The notes: generated by a model not told the origin, from the letters alone. Positions 1 through 9,070 are shown, numbered from the stretch's first letter. The stretch: DNA of 64,000 nt from Bacillota bacterium (GCA_015059485.1 SVAH01000007.1:3011-67010), one strand, 5' to 3'. Made by a program: numbers and translations.

Positions 1-1
1 T

Positions 2-132
2 AGTAAAATGTGTTTTTGCTCCCCAGACTCGGATGCTGCACAAGCTGCAATTAAAGTAAGAAAGAATTAATAATTAACTTTACAATTTAAATTTAAAAGA
101 CTAAGTAAATCAACACAACTTAGTCTTTTTTT
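2..132 (+). repeat. Junction repeat family A, copy 1 (frame open to window edge)
   Basis: Coding remnant ...SPDSDAAQAAIKVRKN* ends at 70. Core ACAAGCTGCAATTAAAG at 40..56. Hairpin AGACTAAGT..ACTTAGTCT plus T-run at 98..132. Confidence 0.7.
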
Positions 133-159
133 GTGATATAATTTTATTAGGTGATAAAA

Positions 160-723
160 ATGATTAAGGGTAAAGTAATAATTGTTGCAGGAAATAAAAG
201 AGCTGGTAAAACAACACTAACAATGATGTTACATGATAAATATAATTATAATTATTATAATTTTGATATGTTATTGGATTCCATTGAAGCATCATTTCCT
301 GTATTAAAAGATCATAATGATGATAAATATATTTCTTTACTAAATGAAATGGTAAAAAGAAGTTTGGACGATGCCAACAATTATGGTGTAAGTACAGTAT
401 ATGAATACATCTTTACTCCTCAACAATTGAGTAATTTCAAATTTAAAGATCAAGTTCAAATTTATTTCTTGGCGAATCTAGACATAACTGAGGATAACAT
501 AAGAGAAGATATGAAAAAATACTCAAAACCATTTGACTGGCCAAGTTATGTATCTGTTGAAGATATCGAAAGAAATGTAAAAGAAATTATTAATAAAAAT
601 GAACAATTAAAAATAGAATGTCCGAAATATAAATTTGAATTAATTAATACGAGTAGAGGAGACAATAGAAATATAGTATTATCTAAACTAGCCAATAGAA
701 TTGCAAGTGTAGAAAAATCTTAG
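160..723 (+). CDS. P-loop NTPase / kinase-like protein
   Basis: ORF 151..723. ATG at 160 follows a TAGGTGAT SD. Walker A GNKRAGKTT at the N-terminus. Paralog of 12208..12759. Confidence 0.6.
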   Translation: MIKGKVIIVAGNKRAGKTTLTMMLHDKYNYNYYNFDMLLDSIEASFPVLKDHNDDKYISLLNEMVKRSLDDANNYGVSTVYEYIFTPQQLSNFKFKDQVQIYFLANLDITEDNIREDMKKYSKPFDWPSYVSVEDIERNVKEIINKNEQLKIECPKYKFELINTSRGDNRNIVLSKLANRIASVEKS

Positions 724-747
724 TTTTATTTCTAACAAATATATATA

Positions 748-984
748 AGTATATACAACTGTAATAGAAGCAATGATAATTTCTTTGATATGACTAAATA
801 TGCTTGAGATGGTAATATTGGACATATAATTGAAGAAATAAAAATTTAATTAAATAAATAGTTATTAAAAAAGTCATTTTAGTAAATATAAATGACTGCT
901 GATATAAAGATAGTACAAGCTGCAATCAAAGCAAAAAAGAACTAATATATATTATTAAAAGACTAGGTAAAACTAGTCTTTTTT
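748..984 (+). repeat. Junction repeat family A, copy 2, with embedded NUDIX 3' fragment
   Basis: AGTATATAcaACTGTAATAgAAGcAATG block at 748..775. AAGTCATTTTAGT at 871..883. Core ACAAGCTGCAATcAAAG at 915..931. Perfect hairpin AAAAGACTAG..CTAGTCTTTTTT at 957..984. Confidence 0.75.
775..860 (+). pseudogene. Decayed 3' fragment of a NUDIX gene (copy of 10659..10745)
   Basis: Near-identical to the last ~87 nt of CDS 10341..10745 (GATAATTTCTTTGATATGAC...GGACATATAATTGAAGAAATAAAAAT). Contains an in-frame TGA where the intact copy has GGC. No 5' part present. Confidence 0.7.
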
Positions 985-997
985 ATATTCATAAAAT

Positions 998-1018
998 AGT
1001 AATATTGCGATTAATCTT
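998..1018 (+). repeat. Family B right-arm half-site (AGTAATATTGCGATTAATCTT)
   Basis: Inverted match to ATCGCA.TATTA at 1951..1975 on the other side of the CDF gene. Confidence 0.5.
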
Positions 1019-1060
1019 ATTTTTTAAAAGTATGATATAATTAATATGGAAGTGATAGGA

Positions 1061-1948
1061 ATGAAGAAAACTGAAAAAAATATATTAATAGCTTTTATTT
1101 TAAATATATCTTTTTCAATATTTGAATTTTTTGGTGGTTTATTTACTAATTCAGTAGCCATATTATCTGATTCAATTCATGATTTAGGAGACGCATTATC
1201 TATTGGAATATCTTATTTTATGGAAAGAAAAAGTAAAAAAAGTGCTGATAATAAATATACTTATGGATATATTAGATATTCTGTATTAGGTGGAGTAATT
1301 ACTACAACTATATTAATAGTAGGATCAATATTAGTAATTATAGGGGCTATAAAAAGATTGTTTAATCCTGTAGAGGTTAATTATAATGGAATGATAATAT
1401 TTGCAATAGTGGGAGTAGTATTAAACTTTTTAGCAGCATATATTACAAGAGAAGGTAACTCAATAAATCAAAAGTCAGTTAATCTACATATGCTTGAAGA
1501 TGTTTTTGGGTGGATAGTAGTATTAGCTGGAGCCATTATAATGAATTTTACTGATATAATAATGATTGATTCAATAATGAGTATTGGAGTGGCAGTATTT
1601 ATTTTAGTAAATGCTTTAAAAAATTTAAAACAAGTATTAGACTTATTTCTTGAAAAAACACCTAAAGAAATTGATATAGGTGAATTGAAAAAGCATTTAT
1701 TAGAAATAGATGGAGTTGATGATATTCATCATATTCATGTGTGGAGTATTGATGGATTTAATAATTATGCAACAATGCATATTGTCACAAAATCAAAAAA
1801 TATTAAAAATGTAAAACACATGATTAGAGAAGAATTAGAAGAACATAACATTTGTCATGCTATTTTAGAAACAGAAGATGAAGTATGTGATGATAAAGAT
1901 TGTCATGTTGAATTTAAAGAGAAAACCTATCATCATCACCATCATTAA
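1061..1948 (+). CDS. Cation diffusion facilitator (Zn/Co/Cd efflux) transporter
   Basis: ORF 1046..1948; ATG at 1061 after GGAAGTGATAGG. SDSIHDLGD motif in TM2, six TM segments, HHIHVW cytoplasmic domain, His-rich C-terminal tail. Confidence 0.85.
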   Translation: MKKTEKNILIAFILNISFSIFEFFGGLFTNSVAILSDSIHDLGDALSIGISYFMERKSKKSADNKYTYGYIRYSVLGGVITTTILIVGSILVIIGAIKRLFNPVEVNYNGMIIFAIVGVVLNFLAAYITREGNSINQKSVNLHMLEDVFGWIVVLAGAIIMNFTDIIMIDSIMSIGVAVFILVNALKNLKQVLDLFLEKTPKEIDIGELKKHLLEIDGVDDIHHIHVWSIDGFNNYATMHIVTKSKNIKNVKHMIREELEEHNICHAILETEDEVCDDKDCHVEFKEKTYHHHHH

Positions 1949-1950
1949 AT

Positions 1951-1975
1951 AATCGCACTATTAAGATATTACGAG
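1951..1975 (+). repeat. Family B left-arm copy (AATCGCACTATTAAGATATTACGAG)
   Basis: Starts 3 nt after the CDF stop codon. Same motif follows the stops at 8989, 19670 and 20133. Confidence 0.6.
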
Positions 1976-2015
1976 AAAAAAATATAGTTATATTTTTGAT
2001 AAGATATATTATTGA

Positions 2016-2180
2016 AGTATATAATCAGGTAAGAAAGAATAATTGAAGGTATTATAAAACAAAGTTTTACTTAATCCAAAGTTGAATATTTTATCGCCTT
2101 CTTTTGAACACTACAATACAAGCTGCAATTAAAGCAAAGAAGAATTAATAAATAAAGACTAGGTAAAATTAGCCTTTTTT
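2016..2180 (+). repeat. Junction repeat family A, copy 3
   Basis: AGTATATAatcAgGTAAgAAAGAATAATTG block at 2016..2045. Core ACAAGCTGCAATTAAAG at 2118..2134; remnant ...IQAAIKAKKN*. Partly degenerate hairpin plus T-run at 2154..2180. Confidence 0.7.
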
Positions 2181-2254
2181 ATGTTATAATGAATGTAATA
2201 TTTAATGTTTGTTTAATAAAAAAGAGTTTAATTATATTTGAGGTGGTGAAAACT

Positions 2255-2944
2255 ATGCGAATATTAATTGTTGAAGATGAAGAATCTCTTGCTGAATTAG
2301 TTGCAAATAGATTAAAGAAAGAAAAATACATTGTTGATGTTTCTCTAGATGGAGAAGACGGCTTATATAATGCTTTAATGGATGTATATGATCTTATAAT
2401 ATTAGATATAATGTTACCAGGTATTAATGGTATTGAAATATTAAAAGAAATAAAAAAGAATAATATCAAAGCTAAAGTAATAATGCTAACAGCTAAATCT
2501 GAACTTGAAGATAAATTGCTTGGATTTAGTGAAGGTGCTAATGATTATATTCCAAAACCTTTTCATATAGATGAAGTAGTAGCAAGAGTAAATGCACAGC
2601 TTAGAATAGAAAAAGTTAAAAACAATAATCTTGAGTTTGGTGATTTAATATTAGACTTAAAAACATCTGATATTATTAATAAAAATAATAATGAGAGAAT
2701 AAATATAATTAACAAAGAATTTCAGCTCTTAGAATACTTTATGAATAATCCAAATCAAGTTCTTTCAAAAGAAATGATATATGATAAAGTATGGGGCTTA
2801 GAAAACGACTCTATATCTAATAACTTAGAAGCATATTTATCATTTATTCGTAAAAAATTAAAATTAATTAATTCCAATGTGGGAATTAAATCACTTCGAA
2901 ACATTGGATATAAGATGGAGTATAACGATGAAGGAATTAAATAG
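2255..2944 (+). CDS. OmpR-family response regulator
   Basis: ATG at 2255 after GAGGTGGTGA. MRILIVEDEE, DLIILDIMLPG, LTAKS receiver motifs. Winged-helix C-terminus LSKEMIYDKVWG. Confidence 0.9.
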   Translation: MRILIVEDEESLAELVANRLKKEKYIVDVSLDGEDGLYNALMDVYDLIILDIMLPGINGIEILKEIKKNNIKAKVIMLTAKSELEDKLLGFSEGANDYIPKPFHIDEVVARVNAQLRIEKVKNNNLEFGDLILDLKTSDIINKNNNERINIINKEFQLLEYFMNNPNQVLSKEMIYDKVWGLENDSISNNLEAYLSFIRKKLKLINSNVGIKSLRNIGYKMEYNDEGIK

Positions 2945-4142
2945 AAAAGTATTTAAAACTATATTTTGTATATTATCATTATTTATAATAACAGGTATTG
3001 TTATTTATAATGTAAGTTCATATAAAAAAGAATATGAAAGTGTTAAAAGAACTTTAAAGATGGTAGAGGAAAGAAGTAAGAATGAACCAAGGGGATTTAA
3101 TAATTTTGTTCCAGAACCTAGAGAAAGAAATTTTGACAATATAATGATTATGGATTATGAAGTATATACAGTTAAACTTAGTAACAGCAAGATAGAAAAA
3201 ATAATTAGTCATAGTAATGATACAAGTGATTTTGATATTGAAAATATTGCAAAAATAATTATTGGTAAAAATAAAGGTATAAGCATTGGTAATCTTTATA
3301 GTAATAATTATTCATATAATTACACTGATAACACAGTTATAGTAATTAATACTAATAATATTAATAAAAAACTAACGCTTGTATTAATTGAATCATTTAT
3401 AGCATTAATTGGATTTGAGATTATAATTTATTATATTTCTAAAATGCTCACAAAAAGAATTACAAAGCCAGCAAATGAATCATTTTTAAAACAAAAAGAA
3501 TTTATTGCAGACGCATCACATGAACTTAAAACACCACTTGCAGTAATAATGGCATCATCAGATGAACTTAAAAGTGATAAAAAGAACGCCAAATATGTAG
3601 ATAATATTAAATATGAATCTGAAAGAATGAATACATTAATTAAAAGCTTACTCGATTTATCAAAATTAGAGAATGGAGTATCAATAAATAGTTATAAAGA
3701 TGAAAACATTTCTAAAATAATTGAGAGAGTTAGCTTAACATTTGAGGGAATAGCTTTTGAACAAGATATTAAAATTAAAACTAATATTGAAGATGACATA
3801 ATATTTAAATGCAGTAAAGAAGAAATAGAAAAACTAATATCTATCATACTTGATAATGCTATTAAACATAGTTACAAAAAATCTTCGGTAATTGTCAATG
3901 TGAATAAAGATAAAAATAATATCAATATTGAAATAATTAATTTTGGAGATCCAATTAAAAGTGGAGATGAAGAAAAAATATTTGAAAGATTTTATCGAGC
4001 AGATAAATCTAGAAATAGAGATGCTAACCGTTATGGATTAGGACTTGCTATAGCAAAGAATATAGTAATTAATCACAATGGAACAATAAGAGCAAATTCC
4101 AAAGATGGAAAAACAAGTTTTATAATAAATTTAAAAAAATAA
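2928..4142 (+). CDS. Sensor histidine kinase
   Basis: ATG at 2928 overlaps the RR stop. Two TM segments. H-box ADASHELKTPL, N-box LDNAIKHS, FERFYRAD, G-box GLGLAIAKNIV. Confidence 0.85.
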   Translation: MKELNRKVFKTIFCILSLFIITGIVIYNVSSYKKEYESVKRTLKMVEERSKNEPRGFNNFVPEPRERNFDNIMIMDYEVYTVKLSNSKIEKIISHSNDTSDFDIENIAKIIIGKNKGISIGNLYSNNYSYNYTDNTVIVINTNNINKKLTLVLIESFIALIGFEIIIYYISKMLTKRITKPANESFLKQKEFIADASHELKTPLAVIMASSDELKSDKKNAKYVDNIKYESERMNTLIKSLLDLSKLENGVSINSYKDENISKIIERVSLTFEGIAFEQDIKIKTNIEDDIIFKCSKEEIEKLISIILDNAIKHSYKKSSVIVNVNKDKNNINIEIINFGDPIKSGDEEKIFERFYRADKSRNRDANRYGLGLAIAKNIVINHNGTIRANSKDGKTSFIINLKK

Positions 4143-4173
4143 GAACATTAGAGAATTATTTAATGTTCTTTTA
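4142..4173 (+). terminator. Rho-independent terminator after the kinase gene
   Basis: AGAACATTA..TAATGTTCT hairpin followed by TTTT. Confidence 0.6.
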
Positions 4174-4406
4174 ATTTTTGTTATGTATTCTTATATTGTC
4201 GAAAGGAAAAGGTGATATATGATTAGATTTATTAAATATTAGTAAAAACTGAAAAAATCAGATATTAATAAAAGTCATAAAGATAATAAATGGAGATGAT
4301 ATATGAATTAATAAAATTTAATGTTTATTTAATAAAATTATCATATTATTGTTTTGATGGAGGAGATGATAATTAAAATGAATAAACAAAATAGTGAGGT
4401 GATAAA

Positions 4407-6089
4407 ATGTATATTATAAAGAATGCTCTAGTTAATATTAAAAGAAATAAAGGAAGAAATATTCTAATTGCTTTAATTATAATGGTTATTTCAGCAGCTT
4501 GTGCAGTAACTCTTGCTATTCGTGAAAGTGCTGAAAAAATAATAACTAGTTATGAGGAACAAAATAAAATAGAAGCAACCATTAGCCTGAATAGAGAAAG
4601 TATTATGAAAGAATTTAGAGATAGTAACAAGAGCCAGGAAGAAATGATTAGTGCTTTTAATAGTATAGAGAGTGTTACTGAAGAAGATATTATTAATTAT
4701 GGTGATAGTGACTATTTAGAAAGTTTTTACTATACTTATGATTTATCGGTAAATGCAAAGGATATTAAAGAGGCAACAGATAGTTTAGTAAAAGAAACTA
4801 CAACAACAAAAACTGAAACAACGACAAAGACAGAGCAATTTGAAGGATCAAGTGGCGGAAATAGACCTGGAATGCCACCAAGTGGTGGAGGTTCTAGAAC
4901 CACTACTAATAGGAAAACAACTACTACTCAGATTGAAAAAATATTTAATGAAAAAGCTAGTGCTGGAGCATTTAACTTGATTGGTTATAATAGTTACGAT
5001 GACATGAAAGATTTTATAAGTGGTAATTATGTAGTTACAAGTGGAGAATTAAGTAGTGATTTTGAAAGTGACACTTGTGTTATTAGTGAAGAACTTGCTA
5101 CTTTAAATAATCTAGAAGTTGGAAGTAAGATTACTATTGTAGATCCTAAAGATAGTACAAAGACATATGAACTTGAAGTAACCGGAATTTATAAAGAAAA
5201 CACAGATTCATCAAGTAATATGAAAAACATGTTTACAAGTTCAGCAAATAAAATTATCACTAATATTAATTTTGTGAAGAAAGTATTAGCAGGAAATAGT
5301 GAATTAAATGCAACTATAACTCCAACATTTATAGTTAAAGATGCAGATAGTGTAGAAAAATTTACATCCGAAATAACTGAAAAAGGATTATCTACTTATT
5401 ATCAAGTAACATCAAATTTAGAGACAATCGAAAGTGCTACTGAATCAGTTAAAAATGTTAGAATATTTGCAACTACATTCTTACTTATTACATTAATAAT
5501 TGGTGGTGTAGTATTAGTTGTAATTAATATGATTAATATTCGTGAAAGAAAATATGAAATAGGTGTTTTAAGAACAATAGGAATGAAAAAAAGTAAAGTA
5601 TCATTACAGTTCATGTTTGAATTATTAGTAGTATGTTTAATAGCACTATTAATGGGAGCAGGAATTGGATCATTTACAAGTGTTCCAGTTGCCAACTCAC
5701 TTCTAGCCAACGAAATATCAAATGCTAATAGTAAATATGAGAATATTAATAGTAATTTTGGTCATCGTGAATCTTTATCTGATAATCAAAAAGAAGAAAC
5801 TAAAGAAGAAAGTGTTGAAACTACAGAAGAATCTAGCAAAACTGATGAGAATAATACAGAATCCACTACTAGTGATAAAACTGAAACATCAAGTAGCAAA
5901 GAAAGAAAGCAACCATCATTTGGTATTGCCAGAGTAGAACAAGTAGATGATATAAATGCGGTTGTAAATTTAAAAGTATTAGCTGAGTTGCTTGGAATTG
6001 GCTTATTACTTACACTAATTGGAAGTCTTGCGAGTATGATTGCAATTTCAAGATTTTCACCGTTAACAATATTAAAGGAGAGAAGTTAA
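4407..6089 (+). CDS. FtsX/MacB-type ABC transporter permease with Ser/Thr-rich inserts
   Basis: N-terminal TM, large extracytoplasmic domain, C-terminal FtsX-like 3-TM bundle (RERKYEIGVLRTIGM). Directly precedes the ATPase gene. Confidence 0.75.
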   Translation: MYIIKNALVNIKRNKGRNILIALIIMVISAACAVTLAIRESAEKIITSYEEQNKIEATISLNRESIMKEFRDSNKSQEEMISAFNSIESVTEEDIINYGDSDYLESFYYTYDLSVNAKDIKEATDSLVKETTTTKTETTTKTEQFEGSSGGNRPGMPPSGGGSRTTTNRKTTTTQIEKIFNEKASAGAFNLIGYNSYDDMKDFISGNYVVTSGELSSDFESDTCVISEELATLNNLEVGSKITIVDPKDSTKTYELEVTGIYKENTDSSSNMKNMFTSSANKIITNINFVKKVLAGNSELNATITPTFIVKDADSVEKFTSEITEKGLSTYYQVTSNLETIESATESVKNVRIFATTFLLITLIIGGVVLVVINMINIRERKYEIGVLRTIGMKKSKVSLQFMFELLVVCLIALLMGAGIGSFTSVPVANSLLANEISNANSKYENINSNFGHRESLSDNQKEETKEESVETTEESSKTDENNTESTTSDKTETSSSKERKQPSFGIARVEQVDDINAVVNLKVLAELLGIGLLLTLIGSLASMIAISRFSPLTILKERS

Positions 6090-6090
6090 T

Positions 6091-6756
6091 ATGAATAAAG
6101 AAATAGTATTATCATTAAAAAATGTTAGTTATCGTTACCCAGATGCAGCAAAAGATGAATATGTTTTAAAGAATATTAATTATGAATTTGAAAAAGGTAA
6201 AACATATGCCATTAAAGGTAAAAGTGGTAGTGGTAAGACAACACTTCTATCATTAATTAGTGGATTAGAGAAAAAATATGAAGGTGAAATATCATATAAA
6301 GATAAAAAACTATCAAAAATGAATTTGGATGATTATCGTAGTCAAAATGTTGGAATTGTATTTCAAAGTTACAATTTATTGCCTCATTTAACTGCTCTTG
6401 AAAATATCATATTATCAATGGATATTAGTAAAGTAAAAGCAGATGATAAAAAGTGCCTTGCTATAAATTTAATGGAACAAGTTGGACTTTCTAAAAATAT
6501 GGCAAATAGAAGGATATTAAAATTATCTGGAGGAGAGCAACAAAGAATAGCAATAGCAAGGTCGCTATCATATAATCCAGAAATAATTCTTGCTGATGAG
6601 CCAACAGGTAATTTGGATCATGATACAGAGACAGAAATTCTTAATATATTTAGTGATTTAGCACATAAACAAAATAAATGTGTAATAATTGTTACGCATT
6701 CTGGAAATGTATGTAATTTAGTTGATAAAGTTTATGAACTAAAAAAGGAAAATTGA
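6091..6756 (+). CDS. ABC transporter ATP-binding protein
   Basis: Walker A GKSGSGKTT, signature LSGGEQQR, Walker B IILADEPT. Confidence 0.9.
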   Translation: MNKEIVLSLKNVSYRYPDAAKDEYVLKNINYEFEKGKTYAIKGKSGSGKTTLLSLISGLEKKYEGEISYKDKKLSKMNLDDYRSQNVGIVFQSYNLLPHLTALENIILSMDISKVKADDKKCLAINLMEQVGLSKNMANRRILKLSGGEQQRIAIARSLSYNPEIILADEPTGNLDHDTETEILNIFSDLAHKQNKCVIIVTHSGNVCNLVDKVYELKKEN

Positions 6757-6770
6757 AAGGAGTGATATTA

Positions 6771-6989
6771 ATGAAAGAAAAAGTAATAGTATTTATTGTA
6801 GGTTTATTGTTAGGTGCTATTATCTCAACAGGATCAATTTATTTCTATACAGTAGCTAATAGTTCAAATAATAATCAAGGTTCAAGAATAGAGATGAATG
6901 GTGGTACTCAGCCAAGTATGCCAAATGGTGAAAGGCCAGAAATACCTAATAATAACTCACAAAATAATAGCAGGACTAATAATAATTAG
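6771..6989 (+). CDS. Small membrane-anchored protein with Asn-rich tail
   Basis: ATG at 6771 after AAAGGAG. One TM helix, then a low-complexity tail. Confidence 0.45.
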   Translation: MKEKVIVFIVGLLLGAIISTGSIYFYTVANSSNNNQGSRIEMNGGTQPSMPNGERPEIPNNNSQNNSRTNNN

Positions 6990-7000
6990 TAGGTGAGTAT

Positions 7001-8596
7001 ATGAAAAAGATAATTAAATATTTTAGTTTCCTATTAATACTTTTATCAGTTTTAACTTTAAAAGTTAATGCTACAAGTAAAAGTATATATGTTAATTTGA
7101 ATGCATTAGAGTATTCTTTAGATAAAAGTAATTATACAAGTATTTTTGAATATAACTCACAAGAAGAATTTTTAAAAGATTATAAGTCTGGTAGTTTACC
7201 TGATATTTATATAACAAATTTCTTGTTTGATGGAGTATCGAGTGTTAAAACTCCAGATTTAGATGATTTTATAGAAAATGATTCTAATGATACTAAAATT
7301 AAAACACTAGAAATAAAAGTAATAAATATCAACACTACTGGAAACATAGAATTTACCGGTGAGATAAAAGGCGCTATGATTGGAGTAAATACTAATAATA
7401 AAACTGGTAATATTGATATCATATTAAACAATGCAAGTATAAATACTGATTCCAAAAAAGCTCCTGCGATATATGTATATAACAAAGATAAAAATTATAC
7501 TGATTGCAAAGTGACAATAAAAACTCTCTCTGGAACAAAAAATTATATTGAAGGTGGTAAACTCAAAAAAGTTAGTTTAATAGGATCAGATGAATTAGAT
7601 AGTTATAGTAGTTATTATTCTAATGACAATTTAACTAATTATAATAAATATTCATCTTATTATGGAATTTATACAAGTGATGAAATAAAGAATATTTTAT
7701 TTGCAACAGTACAAGCTGATAGTGAAGATTTAGCTGATGGTGATCCATATTACTTTTATAAATGTAGTGGAGCAATAAGTTCTGATATCGATTTGTATTT
7801 TGAGGGTGAAGGATATTTAAAAGTAACTGCTAAAGATGAAGGTATTGAAACTAAAGGAAATCTAACTTTTAGTGGAGGAACAGGAGATTATGAAATATAC
7901 TCAGAAGATGACGCTCTTAATACTACTACTGCAAATAGTAATGGACAAACAGTGAGAAATGATTTAACTATCAATGTTAACTCATTACTTGCATCGGTTT
8001 CAACAGATGCTGATGAAGGAGATGCAATAGATTCTAATGGTAAATTAACAATAAATGGTGGAACTATTTATGCGTTTGCTCATCCTACTAGTGGAGATGC
8101 TGGTCTTGATTCAGCAAATGGTATATATATAAATGGAGGTACTGTAATAGCAACAGGTAATATGGCAGATGCAATATCAAGTGATTCAAAACAAAAATAT
8201 ATATTTGCTAGTTTTAACAAGATAAGTTCTGACACATTAATTGTAATTAAAAATCAAAATGATGAAATAATTACTGCTTTTAAAACAGGAAGGAATATAG
8301 GTAATTTATTATATAGTAGTAAAAATTTAGATTATGAATCATACAAAATATATACTGGTGGAACTATTGATGGAAAAGAAACAAATGGATTATATACAAA
8401 AATAAATAGCTATACCGGTGGAGAAGAAATTGTATTTAATGATGCAAGTAATAGTATGAGATTAAGAGAAAATAATAATTTAAGTAGTGTTTTATTAAAA
8501 GCATTATTGATTGAAACTGGATTGCTTATAACAACTGTTTCATATTACATTGTAAGTAGTTATACAAAAAAGAAACAAAAGATTATTAGTAAATAA
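7001..8596 (+). CDS. Secreted beta-helix, carbohydrate-binding-like protein (Cthe_2159-like) with sorting-signal-like tail
   Basis: Signal peptide. Repeated GDAIDSNGKLTINGGTIYA / GLDSANGIYINGGTVIA motifs. C-terminus LIETG + hydrophobic stretch + KKKQK. Confidence 0.55.
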   Translation: MKKIIKYFSFLLILLSVLTLKVNATSKSIYVNLNALEYSLDKSNYTSIFEYNSQEEFLKDYKSGSLPDIYITNFLFDGVSSVKTPDLDDFIENDSNDTKIKTLEIKVININTTGNIEFTGEIKGAMIGVNTNNKTGNIDIILNNASINTDSKKAPAIYVYNKDKNYTDCKVTIKTLSGTKNYIEGGKLKKVSLIGSDELDSYSSYYSNDNLTNYNKYSSYYGIYTSDEIKNILFATVQADSEDLADGDPYYFYKCSGAISSDIDLYFEGEGYLKVTAKDEGIETKGNLTFSGGTGDYEIYSEDDALNTTTANSNGQTVRNDLTINVNSLLASVSTDADEGDAIDSNGKLTINGGTIYAFAHPTSGDAGLDSANGIYINGGTVIATGNMADAISSDSKQKYIFASFNKISSDTLIVIKNQNDEIITAFKTGRNIGNLLYSSKNLDYESYKIYTGGTIDGKETNGLYTKINSYTGGEEIVFNDASNSMRLRENNNLSSVLLKALLIETGLLITTVSYYIVSSYTKKKQKIISK

Positions 8597-8710
8597 TAAA
8601 TATACTCCTTTCTAAAAAAATGTAGTCTTAAAAAGATTACATTTTTTAATTATATTTTATAATTTAACTTTTATTTAATATTCACTGTTTATGATTAATA
8701 TATCAAAGGA

Positions 8711-8989
8711 GTGATGAATAAAATGAATACAATTAGAATAGAAAAAGATATAGAAGATGCAAATGACAAATTATTTTATTTACAAAAAGAAAGTGGAATC
8801 TTAAAAGACTATAATGACTATAACATGCCACCGTTAATAGTAGAATATAAAAATGATAAATTTAATCTGGTAGATGGGAATCATAGATATAGTACTTTAA
8901 AGAAACTAGGCATTAATAAGTATTATGTTATTATATGGGGAAATAAAAATTTAGAAGAAAATATTATTAAATTTTTAGGATTAAAATAA
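8711..8989 (+). CDS. Small ParB/Srx N-terminal-domain-like protein
   Basis: LVDGNHRYSTLKKLG resembles the ParB-N DGxHR motif. Only 92 aa, stand-alone. Confidence 0.4.
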   Translation: MMNKMNTIRIEKDIEDANDKLFYLQKESGILKDYNDYNMPPLIVEYKNDKFNLVDGNHRYSTLKKLGINKYYVIIWGNKNLEENIIKFLGLK

Positions 8990-9012
8990 TCGGAAGATTA
9001 AGATATTACGAG
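8988..9012 (+). repeat. Family B left-arm copy (AATCGGAAGATTAAGATATTACGAG)
   Basis: Overlaps the stop codon of 8711..8989. Confidence 0.6.
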
Positions 9013-9070
9013 CAAAAATACAGTGACATTTATGGTGACATTTATGATATAATTATAATAGGGTGTAGAT

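Noticed and set aside
130-162. The conserved TGnTATAAT - 7-9 nt - TAGGTGAT - 3-4 nt - ATG leader, considered as a cassette-specific signal.
   Set aside because: The same compact promoter/SD arrangement precedes core genes (ffh at 46150, spoIIP at 53415, the ABC gene at 28155). It is a genome-wide expression style, not part of the mobile junction.
1934-1948. Terminal HHHHH on the CDF protein, considered as an engineered His-tag or vector sequence.
   Set aside because: His-rich C-termini are natural in CDF transporters. Codons alternate CAT/CAC and the flanks are native-looking.
2179-2469. Antisense or alternative-frame ORFs from the track: 2179, 5402, 5722, 7207, 9436, 10295, 12431, 15198, 21385, 22211, 22610, 31852, 34434, 36565, 37629, 42903, 44216, 45499, 48918, 49180, 51842, 52249, 53397, 57076, 58078, 60294, 63180.
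   Set aside because: All lie inside or opposite better-supported genes, have low-complexity Ile/Leu/Phe/Ser-rich translations typical of shadow frames in AT-rich DNA, and lack SD sequences.
9023-9046. A tandem 12-bp duplication, GTGACATTTATG x2, just upstream of the -10 for 9071.
   Set aside because: A single duplication is probably replication slippage. No further copies were seen.
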